Below, piece by piece: positions 11,039 through 23,691 of a stretch of DNA of 64,000 bases. Position 1 is the stretch's first letter. Every line of letters starts with the position of its first letter. Below the pieces are notes generated by a model. That model was not told the DNA's origin. It saw only the letters and a program-made list of their open reading frames with translations, and did not search any database. This DNA comes from Neodothiora populina (lineage: Eukaryota). A program made the translations under genes and the position numbers. The stretch lies in NCBI RefSeq assembly GCF_041146345.1, contig NW_027191404.1, forward strand, positions 1,054,001-1,118,000, given 5' to 3'.

Positions 11039-13069
11039 TCAATCAATTTTTAATGAGCCATAGATTCTGTGCACGAATGTCCAAGTTGCGAAGAAGCCAA
11101 TGGTACCTGTATCAGACTTAGCGTTTTTCTACTATGCAAAGATGCCTTGGATATATGACACCAATGCATTCATTAAAGAAATAGGGTGAGACGACGTACC
11201 AGTCAAAACAAACCATAGAGCACTCAACAGCGCAGAGTATCCAAGATACAAAACTCCACTCGTCCAGCTTGAGAAGCTCAATGTCCGGATCCAGTAGAGC
11301 ATTGCATACGCAAAGACATAGCCGGACGATGCACCCGCCGTAAAGAAGGCTCTCCATTGCCAGTGGTAGTTCTCGGCGCAGAGCAAGAAATAAATCATTA
11401 GTATCGTGACGGCAGCCGAAGTCACGACCATAAGGCCATAGCAGAGGAAAAGGAAGCCGAACATGTAGTAGATCCTATTGAACCAGATGCTGTTCATGAC
11501 AAAGTACAGCTCAACGAAGATGGCACCGAACGGCAGAATGCCAACCAGCAACATGCTGGGCAGTGGTCGGAGGTATCCCTGAGAAGGCGGGATCTGGCGA
11601 GGGATCTGGTTCGTATGAACAGGGTTTGTGAACTCGGCAGACTTGAAGCCCAGCCAACTACCGGCGAAGGAAAGTGGCACACTGATGAGGAACCACATGG
11701 CAATTATGACCAGCATAGTTGTGAAAGGAACAGCGCCTGAGGATGCGCGGGCCCAAACAAATAGGTTGAGAAAGAAGAAGACGCAGAACACTACACCGGG
11801 AACGACGACCGGAGTGTAAACGAAAAGACGTTTCCAGGCATCACCCTGGAAGAAGCGGTAGGTACGAGCTGACACGTAACCACCGACAAAGCCAAAGAAA
11901 GTGTATAGTACAATCATTACGGTACCCAGAGATCCACGGTTGGAGGGCGAGAGGAAGCCAAGCAGGGCGAAAGCGATGGCGAAGCCGGCCATCATGAAGA
12001 GCTGAGCACCGTTTCCCACAAGGATGGAAAGAAGCATTGGATTCTTTGGTGGACGGAAAACATCGCCATGTACCAGTTTCCAGCCGGAGTCTTCTTGGAC
12101 AGTATCCTCGACGCCAGTGCCGCCGAAGTCATCAAGGGCAAGGTCATCGAGGCGATTGTACCTGGCGATGTCTTTGCGGATGGTGCGCAGGAGAATTGTA
12201 GAGACCATGCCAATCAGGAAGACGACTATGACGGCTGAGTTGACAAGCGAGAACCAGTGGATCTTGGGATCGTAAACATGAAGGTACTTATCCCAGCGAG
12301 TAGCGAAAGACGTGGGAGAAGGGACCCAAAACACACTGTAAGTCCATGCAACGCCGGTCTCACTGGTCTCGGAAAGGATCAATGGCTCTCCCGCAGTGCC
12401 GCAAGATTGATCGCCAGTCGTTGCACGGTTTGCATTGTCCTTGGACGAGGCAGGCTCAACGAGCACGCCGACAATGCGGTACTTGCCCTTCGCAGCCTCG
12501 TGGTAGTCGATCCAGATGTTGTAATGGTTGTTGAGCACCTGAGTCGTCTTGCCCTCGCCGCCATCTAAGTTGTCACCAAGCAAGAAACCAGGACTGTAGA
12601 AGATCTCGCCGTTCGCGTCGGCCATCTTTTGCGCGGCGGGTAATCCATCAATGTTCCAGTTTAGGTTGTAGTTCTGCGTTATGCGCTTGTTGACAAACTT
12701 GGCCTCATTGGGAGCGAACGTGACATCGCACAGTCGCTTACACGTCTCGTTGCGTGCCATGTGCAAATCGAATGGCGAGGTCCAGATACGATCGCCGAAA
12801 ATGATGCTGCCTAAGCTCTCGGAGATTTGTTTAGGGCCTTCGAGAGGCTTGCAGAAATGGAACTTATCATGATAATAATCGAATGAGAAAACAGAACGGA
12901 CTTGCGTATCTCTGTCTGATTGAGAAGGCGTCAATGAGTTCACTGTGAGGGGCACTCGGTCGTCGACCTGATAGTCTGTCGGAGCTACACCAGGCAGATA
13001 AAAGGCATGCGCAGGCAACGGTGTCAGAAGTAGTAAACCCAGCGCGATCGGGCTACTTGCGATGCGCAT
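11039..13069 (-). CDS. EMP70: Nonaspanin TM9SF/Emp70 endomembrane protein
   Basis: Signal peptide then AFYLPGVAP; IHWFSLVNS, GWKLVHGDVFRPP, TNQIPRQIP. Short last exon GTIGFFATWTFVHRIYGSLKID* ends in the family KxD motif. Confidence 0.95.
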
Positions 13070-13715
13070 CTTCGCAAATCGCATGCACTTGTGTATATAA
13101 GCCTCCTCTTGCACTTCGACTCCCCTGACAAGCACTTGTTTCTTTGACGGTCAAGTCTTTGTTTGTGGTGGGAATGCCCGGATGCGGTGTTGACATCTCC
13201 TGGATGCCTTTGGGGAGCTGGTAGCCGTGTGCACAGGCCATCGTATACGTCGTCCTGTATGACGACGGGGTCAAGGTAGGTCAGGTAAGCTGGGGATAAT
13301 TACCTACCATGTCTGTACGTGTACCACACAGCCACCCTGACGCAATTTCCAGGGTCGATATCAGATCAAGACAGCGCGTGGACGGTGGGTGAACAGCCGA
13401 AACATTTACCAGACATGTCCTTAGCAGACCAGGACGGCGCGAAGCCAGAGTGGCAGAGTGGGATGTGAATTCATGTACTCATGTTTATTCAGTTAAGGTA
13501 TGGTCTAGTACCCGTCGCACAAGGCCGTGCCTGTCGTGGAACAGCCATATGCAGCTTAGCTCTACTGGCTCATGCCGCTCAAGTCCCGAGTCAAGATCTA
13601 GAATAGCAATACACGGGGTATACTGTATGCTGGTTGGAGAATCAAATCGTAGGGGAGTGTATCCTGCTTGCGGCGCCTTGTTCGCCTTCCCATCATCCGA
13701 GGCATCATCTCCTCA

Positions 13716-15011
13716 TCAAACCAATCCGTCGTAGAGAGACAAGGCTGATACGATGGTCTCGTCGCGCTTGGATCCCTCCTTGAACTCCGCCATATCGAGA
13801 CTGCCATTCTCATCTTTGTCCATCATGCGGAAGATCTTGCGTACTCTCTTCTCTGGTGTATCTTCGTCTTCTGGTAATTTGACCATTGATCCCACCTGTT
13901 CAGATGGTTAGTCTTCGACGTGGTGTTATGTCCCTACTTTGCGTCATCGCGTACCATCTTGTATATAGCTTCGACAATAGCAAGCATCTCCTCATAGCTA
14001 ATCTTGCCGTCGCCATCAATGTCGTAGAGCTGGAACGCCCAGTCCAGCTTGTCCTCCATCTTTCCTCTGCTAGTCACGCTTAGAGCGCAAATAAACTCTT
14101 TGAAGTCAATCGAACCTGACTTGTCCGCGTCGAATACATTAAAGACATAATCTGCAAACGACGACGGATCTCCAAACGGGAAAAATTGCTTGTAGATCTT
14201 TTGGAACTCTTCCTTGGTGAGCATTCCAGAAGGGCAGTCCTTGAGAAAGCCTGAGTGCACAGAAAGATTAGACATTAGACTGAAAAAAGGTTGACCACGG
14301 CTCCTCCGATGACAGCGAACACGGCGATGGGAATGAAAACTGGCGGCTCGGATTCTTACCTTTATACCATTGCTGCAACTCCTTCTTGTCGAAATGTGTG
14401 GCTCTTTGTAGGTCACTCAGCTCTTGCTGTGACAATTTGCTCTGGCTAGAATCACGTAGGTGCATCGTCAGCATGTGCTCGTCGATACTGATGTGCGCAA
14501 TCATTGTGAGGTTCCCCATCTCTTGCTCCATGCTGTGGACGGCGATGTGAAAAGCCATGTTGTTCTGGGCCTTCCAGTCGAGATAGTCGTCGGACGAGTG
14601 GTGGGGTACTGGTTTGGGACGATGTCTCGCGGTGTTTGTAGATCCTATCTGATGCCCTGCGATAGCCTCGTCGTGGAGAGGATCACCATCACTGAAATTG
14701 ACAGCATCGTCGGAAGGAGCATGCATGTTCGATAGACCGGCAAGCAGTAGAATCGGCTGTCTGACGATATGTATCTTCGGTGATCATACTCCGAGCTTGG
14801 AGCTTTGAATGCGTTCTTCACATGTGTCGGTTGAGCAAGTGGATAGTTTCGTCGCCGGGCAGGTGAAGCTGGAATGCTGGTGATACGGAATGTCTTACAT
14901 GCCCTTTGTCCCTAAAAAGGCAGGATGTGGCTCGGAATTGGAAAGCACAAAAACAACAAGAATAACAACAATGGCAGAAATAACACCATCCAAAACTTAC
15001 GATTTCCCCAT
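13716..15011 (-). CDS. NCS1: Neuronal calcium sensor 1 / frequenin (EF-hand, N-myristoylated)
   Basis: Spliced MGKS|QSKLSQ...[13 protein letters not shown]...[12 protein letters not shown]...[12 protein letters not shown]...[21 protein letters not shown]...LYDGLV*. Exon 1 is 15011-15001; intron 1 is 14446-15000. Confidence 0.96.
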
Positions 15012-16200
15012 TTCTGCTCCACTTCACAGCACCTCCCCTAGGTTCTTATAGCACTATAGAGTGCCGATCACACCCACGTTAAGCTCTGCTCGCGCTTGCG
15101 TAGACTTGCTTGTATGTTACTCTGTTGCTTGGTATGGATTGCGCGTATATGCCCAGGGCCAAGTCGGATGTCAGGTGTTTGGGAAGGTGGGATGATGTCG
15201 TCAGAATTGGTGCACGCGCTGCAGAGATGAGGAGAGGAGCGTTGTGCTAAGGGTAAAAAGGCAGATAAGGTACTGTAAGTTTGCTGGCACGGCGTGATCG
15301 TGACAGGATCAATGTTTAGGGAAATGAAAGGGAAATGGGGGAAACATTGCAGGAGTATTGTTGAATTCGTATGGTTCTCGGCTCCTATCGCAATCGAAAC
15401 CAGGAACCCCGCGACGTGCCGCCCTTCCAGACTTGTAATCACGAATGAGATGGTGGTGGCTTAGCATCAGCCAAGACCCCTATGGCGCTTGTGAGAGCAG
15501 AGAGCATCACAGCATCTGAGGCCTCTTGACTCGTCGATACTACCTTACCTTCCAGGTTAGCCAGGCCTCTTTTGCCTCTTGGGCTAGGCCTGTGGCGATA
15601 AGCAACGACATGTGTGCAAGACCACCGACCCTGTCAAGCTTGCACATCACTGCTATATACCTGTTTTTCATGACGCCGGTTTATATACCCTCGAGTTCCT
15701 GCGCCGATGTCGTTTGCTAAAACTAGACAGCACAGGAGCAGCACGACACTACAAGTACATGTGATCACCAATCATCGGAAGGCGCGCGAGTTGGTGTTTG
15801 TGCTGCACGTGTGATGCTGTGCATTATCGTGGTGTACCTGCTGCTGTAAAACATCTGACCGGTCTTCATTCGAGACGCCCCCCTCTCATCAGCACTTCCG
15901 GCGTTGTTTCCGGCCCTGGATGCGCCATGGTCATTGACACGGGTGTGCTCGCCACATGACATAATAATCAAATCGCATCTGATTGGGAGCAAGTCTAGAC
16001 TAGGTATCACTGACATAATGTTAAGGGTAGGGAAATAATAGTGAAAAGAAGAGTACAACATAGAGGACGCTCAAAATGCTCGACAGGAAAAAGCCATGCC
16101 ATATTCGACTAGAACCGCTTGCAACAAAAGTTTATATATGAAATGCATACGCCCAGTTCGAGTTGTATATACTCGTGTTTGCTGACACACCTGGCGCCCT

Positions 16201-18566
16201 TTACCGGTAGGATCCCAGCTCCAAATCCGGCAATCGTGGCTGCCTTGTGTTCGGCGGACTATAATCTCGCTCTCGGCCGCCCATTTCGGCTGCACTCATG
16301 ATCAAGCGATCCTTGCTGTCGTCGTCGCGATTGAATGCAGGGCGACTGAAGTTGCGCTGCGACATCTCGTAACCTTCACTACTCTCTGGACGTTTTGTCG
16401 GCACTGGATCGTAGCGTGAGTCGTTGGTTGTGGTGGTATGCAGACTCGGTGATACCATCGTCGCTTTTGAGTGGGCACCCTTGGCATCTGCAAGAAGCAT
16501 CGGGTCCATGAGGAGCGAATTGCGCGCATCCAGAGGGGTAAGGTCATCGAGATCACGATTGAGTTTTTCTAGAAATCCTGCATTAGTACTTCTGCTCGCT
16601 CTGTGGGAATGTTCGATGCTTACCGGCTTCCTTTCTCCTCTTTCGGTGAGGGTTCATCCTCACACATGCGATGATGGCGTTTACGGCAATCAGGATTGCC
16701 AAAGCACCCGTCAACACTCCTTGTACGACAATCAAGATGATGCCCGTCACCGTCTTCGTAGTCTGCGCGATTCCAAGCTCCTCAACGAAAATGAGAACGC
16801 AGACTACTGAGAGAACTCGGACCGTTTGGATAATGATGTTGATCACATTGCCGCTTTTCAGACTGTATGGCCGATTCCAGAGCAGGAGTGCGAGCATGCA
16901 TATCTCCACGATGCCTTGTCCAATGGTTTGCGCGAGTCCATGGCCGTTTGCACCAGCAACGACCGCGTTCTTGGCAAACATGTAAATGATCGAGGGAATG
17001 AACAACCACCAATAACCCTTTTTGAAGTTGTCATAGAAGAGACTGTACTTGATCCATGTCTCTTTGTTTTCGTATAATCCGCTGTCGTCACCCTCTAATT
17101 TCTTTAGTTTCTTCACTGTCAGAATAATCTTGATGGTGAAAAACACCAAAACACCGGTGAACAAGGCCCAGGTGACTCCTGCGAGTAACTTGGCTGCCCA
17201 CGAGTCGCCATTGGTGAATTGGTATACGCAATAAAGCGTCCAGACGCCATAAAGCAAAAGGATCAGATTAGTGATGGTCTTGGCGAGACGCCACCAGTAA
17301 CGTTTGCGGAAACTCTCCAGGCCCTTGGGAAGGTTGCCGCCAAGAGCAAAAGCTTCTAGAACAACCTTGAAAAGAAGAATGCCAACCGTGATCGCTGCAA
17401 TGGCAATGGAAACCATAAGCAAAACGGTCATGAATGTATTGGCTTGTGGTATCGAGAGTTGTTCCACGTAGGCTTGGATGCCGTGAACGTAGTGCATGAT
17501 TTCGCCCTCGTTGGAAGCAGTGGTGTTAGTGTTGGCACTGGCACTGGCATTGCCATTGTTGAGATCAACGTCGGTACTTATGCTGTCTCTAGTGAAGAGG
17601 ATGAAATCTTCCATTCCACGCTTGAAAAGACCGCCGCTGCTACCGCTGCTGTTGGCACCATTGCTGAACACGAGTGTCGCATTTCGAAGATATTCGTAGC
17701 TGTCTTCGGTCAGGTTTCCGCCGGTTTTTGTTCTGAAATTGTCGATTGAAGTTTGCATGGAAGCCCAAGGGATCAGTCCGGTACTGAAAGCGAAGTTCTT
17801 GGAGAAACTCTGATACACTTTGGGGTATTGCACGCTGAGCATTCCGTTCAATGCCATGCCTTGGAACCAGCCAACGACTTCGCCGAATGACGGACTTGCG
17901 GATGCGGCACCTGGATGCATTCCTGCAGCAACGCCGCCCAATGCTGACATGGCAAGAGCGCCGCCAGCAATACCAGCCGCAACGTATTTTACCGAAGGAA
18001 CGTTCATTGATCTTCCATTGCTGACAGTCGATTGAATACAAGCCAAATCGGCCTTATCGACATCGGAGAACAATTGGAGCTTCGCAGCGCCGTCTAAATC
18101 TGGTATCGTGAAAGCGATTGATGGGATCTGCGATGCGTATTCGGAGGGGACTGTCTGTTGACCCTTGGCGGAGAAAGTTCCAGCCGGGACTGTCATTAGT
18201 GTAAGTAAGGAGAGCCATGACATATATATCGAGAAGATCAAACTTACCAGGACACAGTTGCTCCACGTAGTTCTGTCCTTCGCAAGGATTGAAGGTATTG
18301 GAGTACACGCTGATACCGTAGGCAGTAACATCTATCCTTGCGGTGACATTCTGGCTTACCGAACTCGTTCCGGAGACATCGAATGTGACTTGGTTGGTGG
18401 TCCTATCATATGCTACGTCCATTCTATTGACGCTGATGGTGGCATTGTCAACACATGTTGTAAAACCGTCAGTAGCGATGACATCGCCGCCGAGCACTCT
18501 GACCGGCAGAGTACTGAGAGCAATGAGCAAAAGCGCCTTGAGAGATGCGCGAGGAGGCCGCATCAT
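16201..18566 (-). CDS. FLC/spray-family TRP-like calcium channel or flavin carrier
   Basis: Signal peptide, ML-like N-domain (TFNPC...LCP|VPAG), WFQGMALNGMLSVQYP, FSKNFAFSTGLI and multiple TM helices. Two introns. Confidence 0.9.
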
Positions 18567-19949
18567 GATACGATGCCTCTGTATATATTATGGGTCCAGG
18601 GAGTATATATGCCACTGGACTGGGTCTCTAGTCCGACGAGAGGTTTAAAACGCAGCAAAAGGGAAAGAAGGTCGTAAAAAAGGTCGTAAAAGATTGTATT
18701 GAGAAGAGAAAATAATGTACTCGAGACGCAAACGCAATGTAGAAACGATCAGTATATCGGGTATATCTGACGGGAGCTACCGTTTTGTTCGGTGTGTCGA
18801 GACCGTTTAAGGGGGCGGGAGGAGACGTTGGAAAACGTGGAGAAAAGCGAGCGACAATGCAGTTGGTATAACGATGATGTGAGTATTGAGTGCAAATAAT
18901 GAGAGTATCTTGGATGTACAAGGAGTAGTTTTCGCGAATGAAAAAATAAGAGGGAAACGAAGCAGGGACGAACAAAAGACGACGACGCAAAAAAGGTTGC
19001 AATATGCTGATAGGGAGAGACAAGGACGAGGGAGAACAGGAGTCCTTGATTGAGTGAAGCATGAGCCCCTGTATGCATAGACCGCACTAACCCCATCCTT
19101 CTAAGCTCTCGACTCGCGGACCCTTGGTCGAATCTTGTCTTGTTTCGCCATGCTCCACCATTTCCACGATCTCCACTTCAACCCGGATCGTGGTCTGTAT
19201 CTGTAGTGTACATGGCAGTGAATTTTCCTTTTGTTGGGAAGTATACTGAATTCCAGGTCTCCCAGTGTGGCGGCACGCGGTATGTGTACAGCAGTGTGTA
19301 CTGTATACAGTACATTCTTGTTGACACGCAATTCGAAGCTGTGGCGTGCAATGTCACGAATATAGAAAACCGGCCCTGCAGGCGTGCAAGCACTGTTCGC
19401 TCGCCAACGCATGGGATAGCCGATGAGAGGCGCTCAGCCACCAGACTTATTGCCGGTCAAAGCGCTATCTCAGACTCGCTATTGCTGTACGCCTCTGCAC
19501 GTCAGTCACCACTAACGACCCAAGTCACACATAATCAATCGCCCGCGCCAGCAAGTCCGTGAGCTCTGTGATGGAGTGACCAATAACGGGATCGATAGCG
19601 GGACTACCGCGCGCGCATGGCCGCGCATGCTTGTATACCAGAATAGCAGGACGAATTTCTCTTGCGATAAGCAGCGATCTTTTCTATCGATCAATATTCT
19701 TACAGTCGCCGATTTCCCGTAACATGGAAACATGGGAACTCGCAACTACATCGGCGTCGCGGGCTAGTCGACTCTTAATCGGATAGAGTAAGGTAGGAAG
19801 CGACGAGTACAGACTAATGCACTTTTCCTACATTGCACAAGCTCAGCAGTATTTCCTATTGCCATCGACACTGTCTAGAATTTCCGTCTCACCCGATGCT
19901 TTGTATTGATCTACCAAATACTCACCATCCGGTTCTCGGTGAGAAGGCC

Positions 19950-21159
19950 TTATTGGGAAGCTTTCAGTTCTGTCAACCATCCTCGGATGCCCTGCACCTC
20001 TTCTTCCGTGAGGTCAATATCAAAATAGTCTTTGAGTGCTCTTACTCGCTCGTCTTCGTTTCCGCAGATCTTGACAATTTCCGTCCTACTACCCGTATTT
20101 CGCTTAACCTTGTCATCAGCCAGCATAACCTTACCAACAATTTGCTCCCCTGTCCTCAGAAACTTGACGATCAATACTTGAAACCGTTGAAAACTAGTCG
20201 GAAAATTACTGGTCCAAAAGTTCATCTGCTCCAGGTCAGCCTGGAAGAATTCGAACTCGGCGAATGCATAGAACGAGTTCCAGTCTCGATCGCTGCTGTT
20301 GCGATATTGATAGATCCAGACTTTCTGCTGATGCGGCTCGCTGGCATCGGGGAGACTGTCGTACACAAGACGGACCTCTTGCGATCCTAGGTTCTGCACC
20401 GCGACGCCAGACTCCAGACGGAGAGGCTTCGTAGCGCCATCACCCCCAAACCCGACATCTACAGACCACTTTTCGCCATTTTCAAATGTGACAATGTTTA
20501 CGCAATGTACCCTGTCATTTCCTCTTCCGTGTCAGTCAAACATACGCTAAGGCGCCATCATCGTCTTGCACTGTGCGAGTAAACACAAGCTCAATCATCG
20601 ATCCGAATCGAATCGACACCTTCACGCACTGTGCTTTCCATTGTCGCAGATACAAAGTGCAATGTGGGGATCTCAGGAAAAGAACCAAAAGACGGTAGGC
20701 GAAAGGGCAGCAGGGCAAAAGGAACAAGGTTTCCGGAAAGTGTGGGAGAAAGGGTTTCGCGCGCGCGCAAGAGCCAGCATAAGTAAAAGGGACCCACCAG
20801 CCAATATAAGGGCCTTGTGGGATACCGTCCCGTCTATATCTGATTCGCGCGCCAGCGGTATAGACCCGGAAGCCCAGGGCCATCAGCACATGGCGGAAGA
20901 AGACGGCCGTCTCCATGCAATAACCTCCCCTGCCATTGCGTGTGAACTTGTCGTACAGGAGCTGAGGATCGAGTGAGTTCTGGTGCGTTTCGGAATAGTG
21001 CAGCGAGAGATTATCGTATGGGATCTTGGAGATTTGATGGACGTGCAGCCGTGTCAGGAAGGCCGAATCCCTTGGCGTGTCGGGAGCCCGTAAGTGCGGC
21101 GGAAAGTCGATGTAGTCCAAGTAACGTTCAATTTGTTCTGGGCAGTATGCCGAGGCCAT
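19950..21159 (-). CDS. NAT: Arylamine N-acetyltransferase
   Basis: IPYDNL, RGGYC (catalytic Cys), W|VHC (His) and VDVGFG (Asp). Intron 20512-20797. Confidence 0.93.
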
Positions 21160-21528
21160 TTTGTTTTTTTCTTGACACTTGATTGTCGTGTATATATTAA
21201 GAAAAGATAGATGATAAAGTCTTCGTATGCGTCGAAAGGCGTGGTGTCTTGTCCGACCGTCTTCTGACGGATGTCGGTGTTGTCCCTGGTGAAAGCACGC
21301 AATCCTGACCGGCTAATCATAAGTCCGGTTGTGTTTAGAGGTGTCGCTTTTCATGTTTCGCTCCGCAGTCGTCCACTAGTATAGTGCTGAGGAAGCTGTG
21401 AGTTGTTGAGCATTACCCTGATAGCATTATAAAAGTCTCTCATCTATATCGAAAATTTAAGTATATACAAACGCATTGCTCCAATTGAGACACAATGCCA
21501 ATTCCGCCGAACCGACTTTTTCAGTCTC

Positions 21529-22569
21529 TTACAACAGGGACCAGAAGATAGATGCACCAACAACAGCACCCCAACCAGCAAATTTGGCAACAGCACTAGC
21601 AGAGCCCTTGGGAACATTACCTGTAGCTTCGCCTCCAAGATACCAGCTGCCAATGTCCGTCAGCTCACCCTTCTGGGTGAGGAAAGCAGCATTTGGACCA
21701 ACATTCGACACATCAGAGCGGAATGCGCCAAAGTATGAATAACGTGTCAGGTAAGACAGGGTATCGTCAAAGTAGCTGGTACTTTGATTGAAGAACGTTT
21801 GACTGTCCTTCAACGAGCACTCTGTGCAGGCGAACTCTGTCACCCAAGTCTCGGTAATGTTCTGGTAAGTCGCATTGACTTGGCCAAGGTGACTTGCCAA
21901 ACCCTCGAAGTTGCCATACTGGAAAGAGCATGTTAGTTTTGGCAATGATCGTTTAGAGACTTTGGATGATACGAACCCAATGCGCCGGAATAAAATCAAC
22001 TTCACAAGAGCCATTGCCATTGCTCAAAGCAGCGCACTCTGAGAACCAATTCGCAAGCCAGGTAAAGCCATTCGGGGCACCTGTTACTGCAGGTGCACCC
22101 AACTTGACTCCATACTTCTTCTTCAATGGCTCGAATTGCAGCTTCCATATCGTGGCGGCGTCTGCCGCAGCCATGCACGATCCTCCACTAACGCAGCCGT
22201 CTGGTTCGTTGAAGCCTGTGCGTTTTGTTAGCGAGAAGCCTGGCCCGCAGCTTCCAATCTCCACATACCGAGTACATGTGTAATGTTCATTCCTCCATCG
22301 ATCAGACTCGATACGCTGTTGTAGAAACTCATATCGGTAGATGGGCTTGAAGGTGCTCCCCACATCATGGGGACAAACTCAAGCTTTCCATTATACTCCG
22401 TCGTTGGCTCCGCCTTATAGTTGTAATACCAGGTGATGTCGCTATTGCTGCTGTCCCATAGATTGTCGTCAGAGGCTTGCCCGACGACATAAACAAGACC
22501 GCGTTTTGAGGATGCGGTCGCTGCGACGATCGGCGCAAGCGCGACTATGCTGCCAAAGAGTGAAAGCAT
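21529..22569 (-). CDS. GH128 (Asl1-like) beta-1,3-glucanase, secreted and probably GPI-anchored
   Basis: Signal peptide then SSKRGL; WYYNY, EFVPMMWG, GFNEPD, KLGAPAV, HW|YG, WVTEFA, RYSYFG; hydrophobic C-terminus. Two introns. Confidence 0.9.
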
Positions 22570-23691
22570 GATGTATGTTTGTGATAATGAACCGTCCCGT
22601 GTCTACCCAGACGATGTCCGAGGATACTTTGTAATATATATGCGAAAGCTGTATCCCAGTGAAAACTTGCTGGCGTTTGCTACTGCGTCATAAGTCGACA
22701 GGTATATAGACAGGCGATATAGATGTAATATATGTACAGCGGATGGTAACCGAAAGCGAGCAATGGCGGACACGACGAGCGGGTGTGTTTTATTGCGGCG
22801 AGGAGACGACTGTGACGAAACAAAAATTGCCCGAGGGAAACGCCATACTAATACAACAGCATCGAGAAGAATCAGTTGAGAACGTGCTAGCAGCGCTCCT
22901 CCAAAACTATGAGGTCCAGCTTGTCTGCTAGATTTCTCAGCTCGCCCAGGAACAGGTACGAACGGGTCCAGGCCGCTGTGTAGCTGGAACTTTGGAAGAC
23001 CGGATCAACGGTCGAGATAGCCAAAGTAAGCCATCCACCTCTATTTTGGACCCAGGGCGTCAAGGCTTGGTCTTGAGGTGGGTTGGAAACAGGCAATCCT
23101 TAATGCATCCCTCACCATACTTGGCTCCTTGGAAAGCACTCGATAAGCAGACCGTAAAGTAGGTAGCGAAAGTGCATGCGAAGATAAAAACACGATCGTT
23201 CATTCGCTTGGTTCTTCGTTGGGCCCCTCACCCCCCAATGCACAACGGCCAGGCACATCAACATGCTCATTTGTCTTGTCGCAACGGTGGAAGCTACTCA
23301 CGGAATATTTTTAAGGTTTGAAGCCTAAGACAAATTTGCCGCGGTGAACACATGGAAGTGGCGAGGATATCATTTTGGGGTCATCCACTTCATATGGACA
23401 CTATGCAGATTGGTCGCTGCTATTTCCACATGCGGTCATTACCGTAAGGGAGTGGCTAGCAAGCCATCATCATTGCGCGTGTCAACAATATCTGTTGTGA
23501 TACACATAGGATAAAGTGTGGAGGAAATCGTGAAAGTCAGCTCTGAGCCGCGGTTTTGCTTAGTCCATTACCACGCGTCGGCGGATAGCCTCTGCCGAGA
23601 ACATGGGAAACGTGAACGTTGCTGGATCGAGCCACAGGTCTGTCTCAGCATTTGTTTTGTATTGAAGCGCACAGGTATCTGTAGAGTCGTC

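Noticed and set aside
18628..19096. Long upstream ORFs before the FLC/spray gene
   Set aside because: The Phe/Ser-rich translation reflects a pyrimidine-rich leader, and the TSS is unknown.
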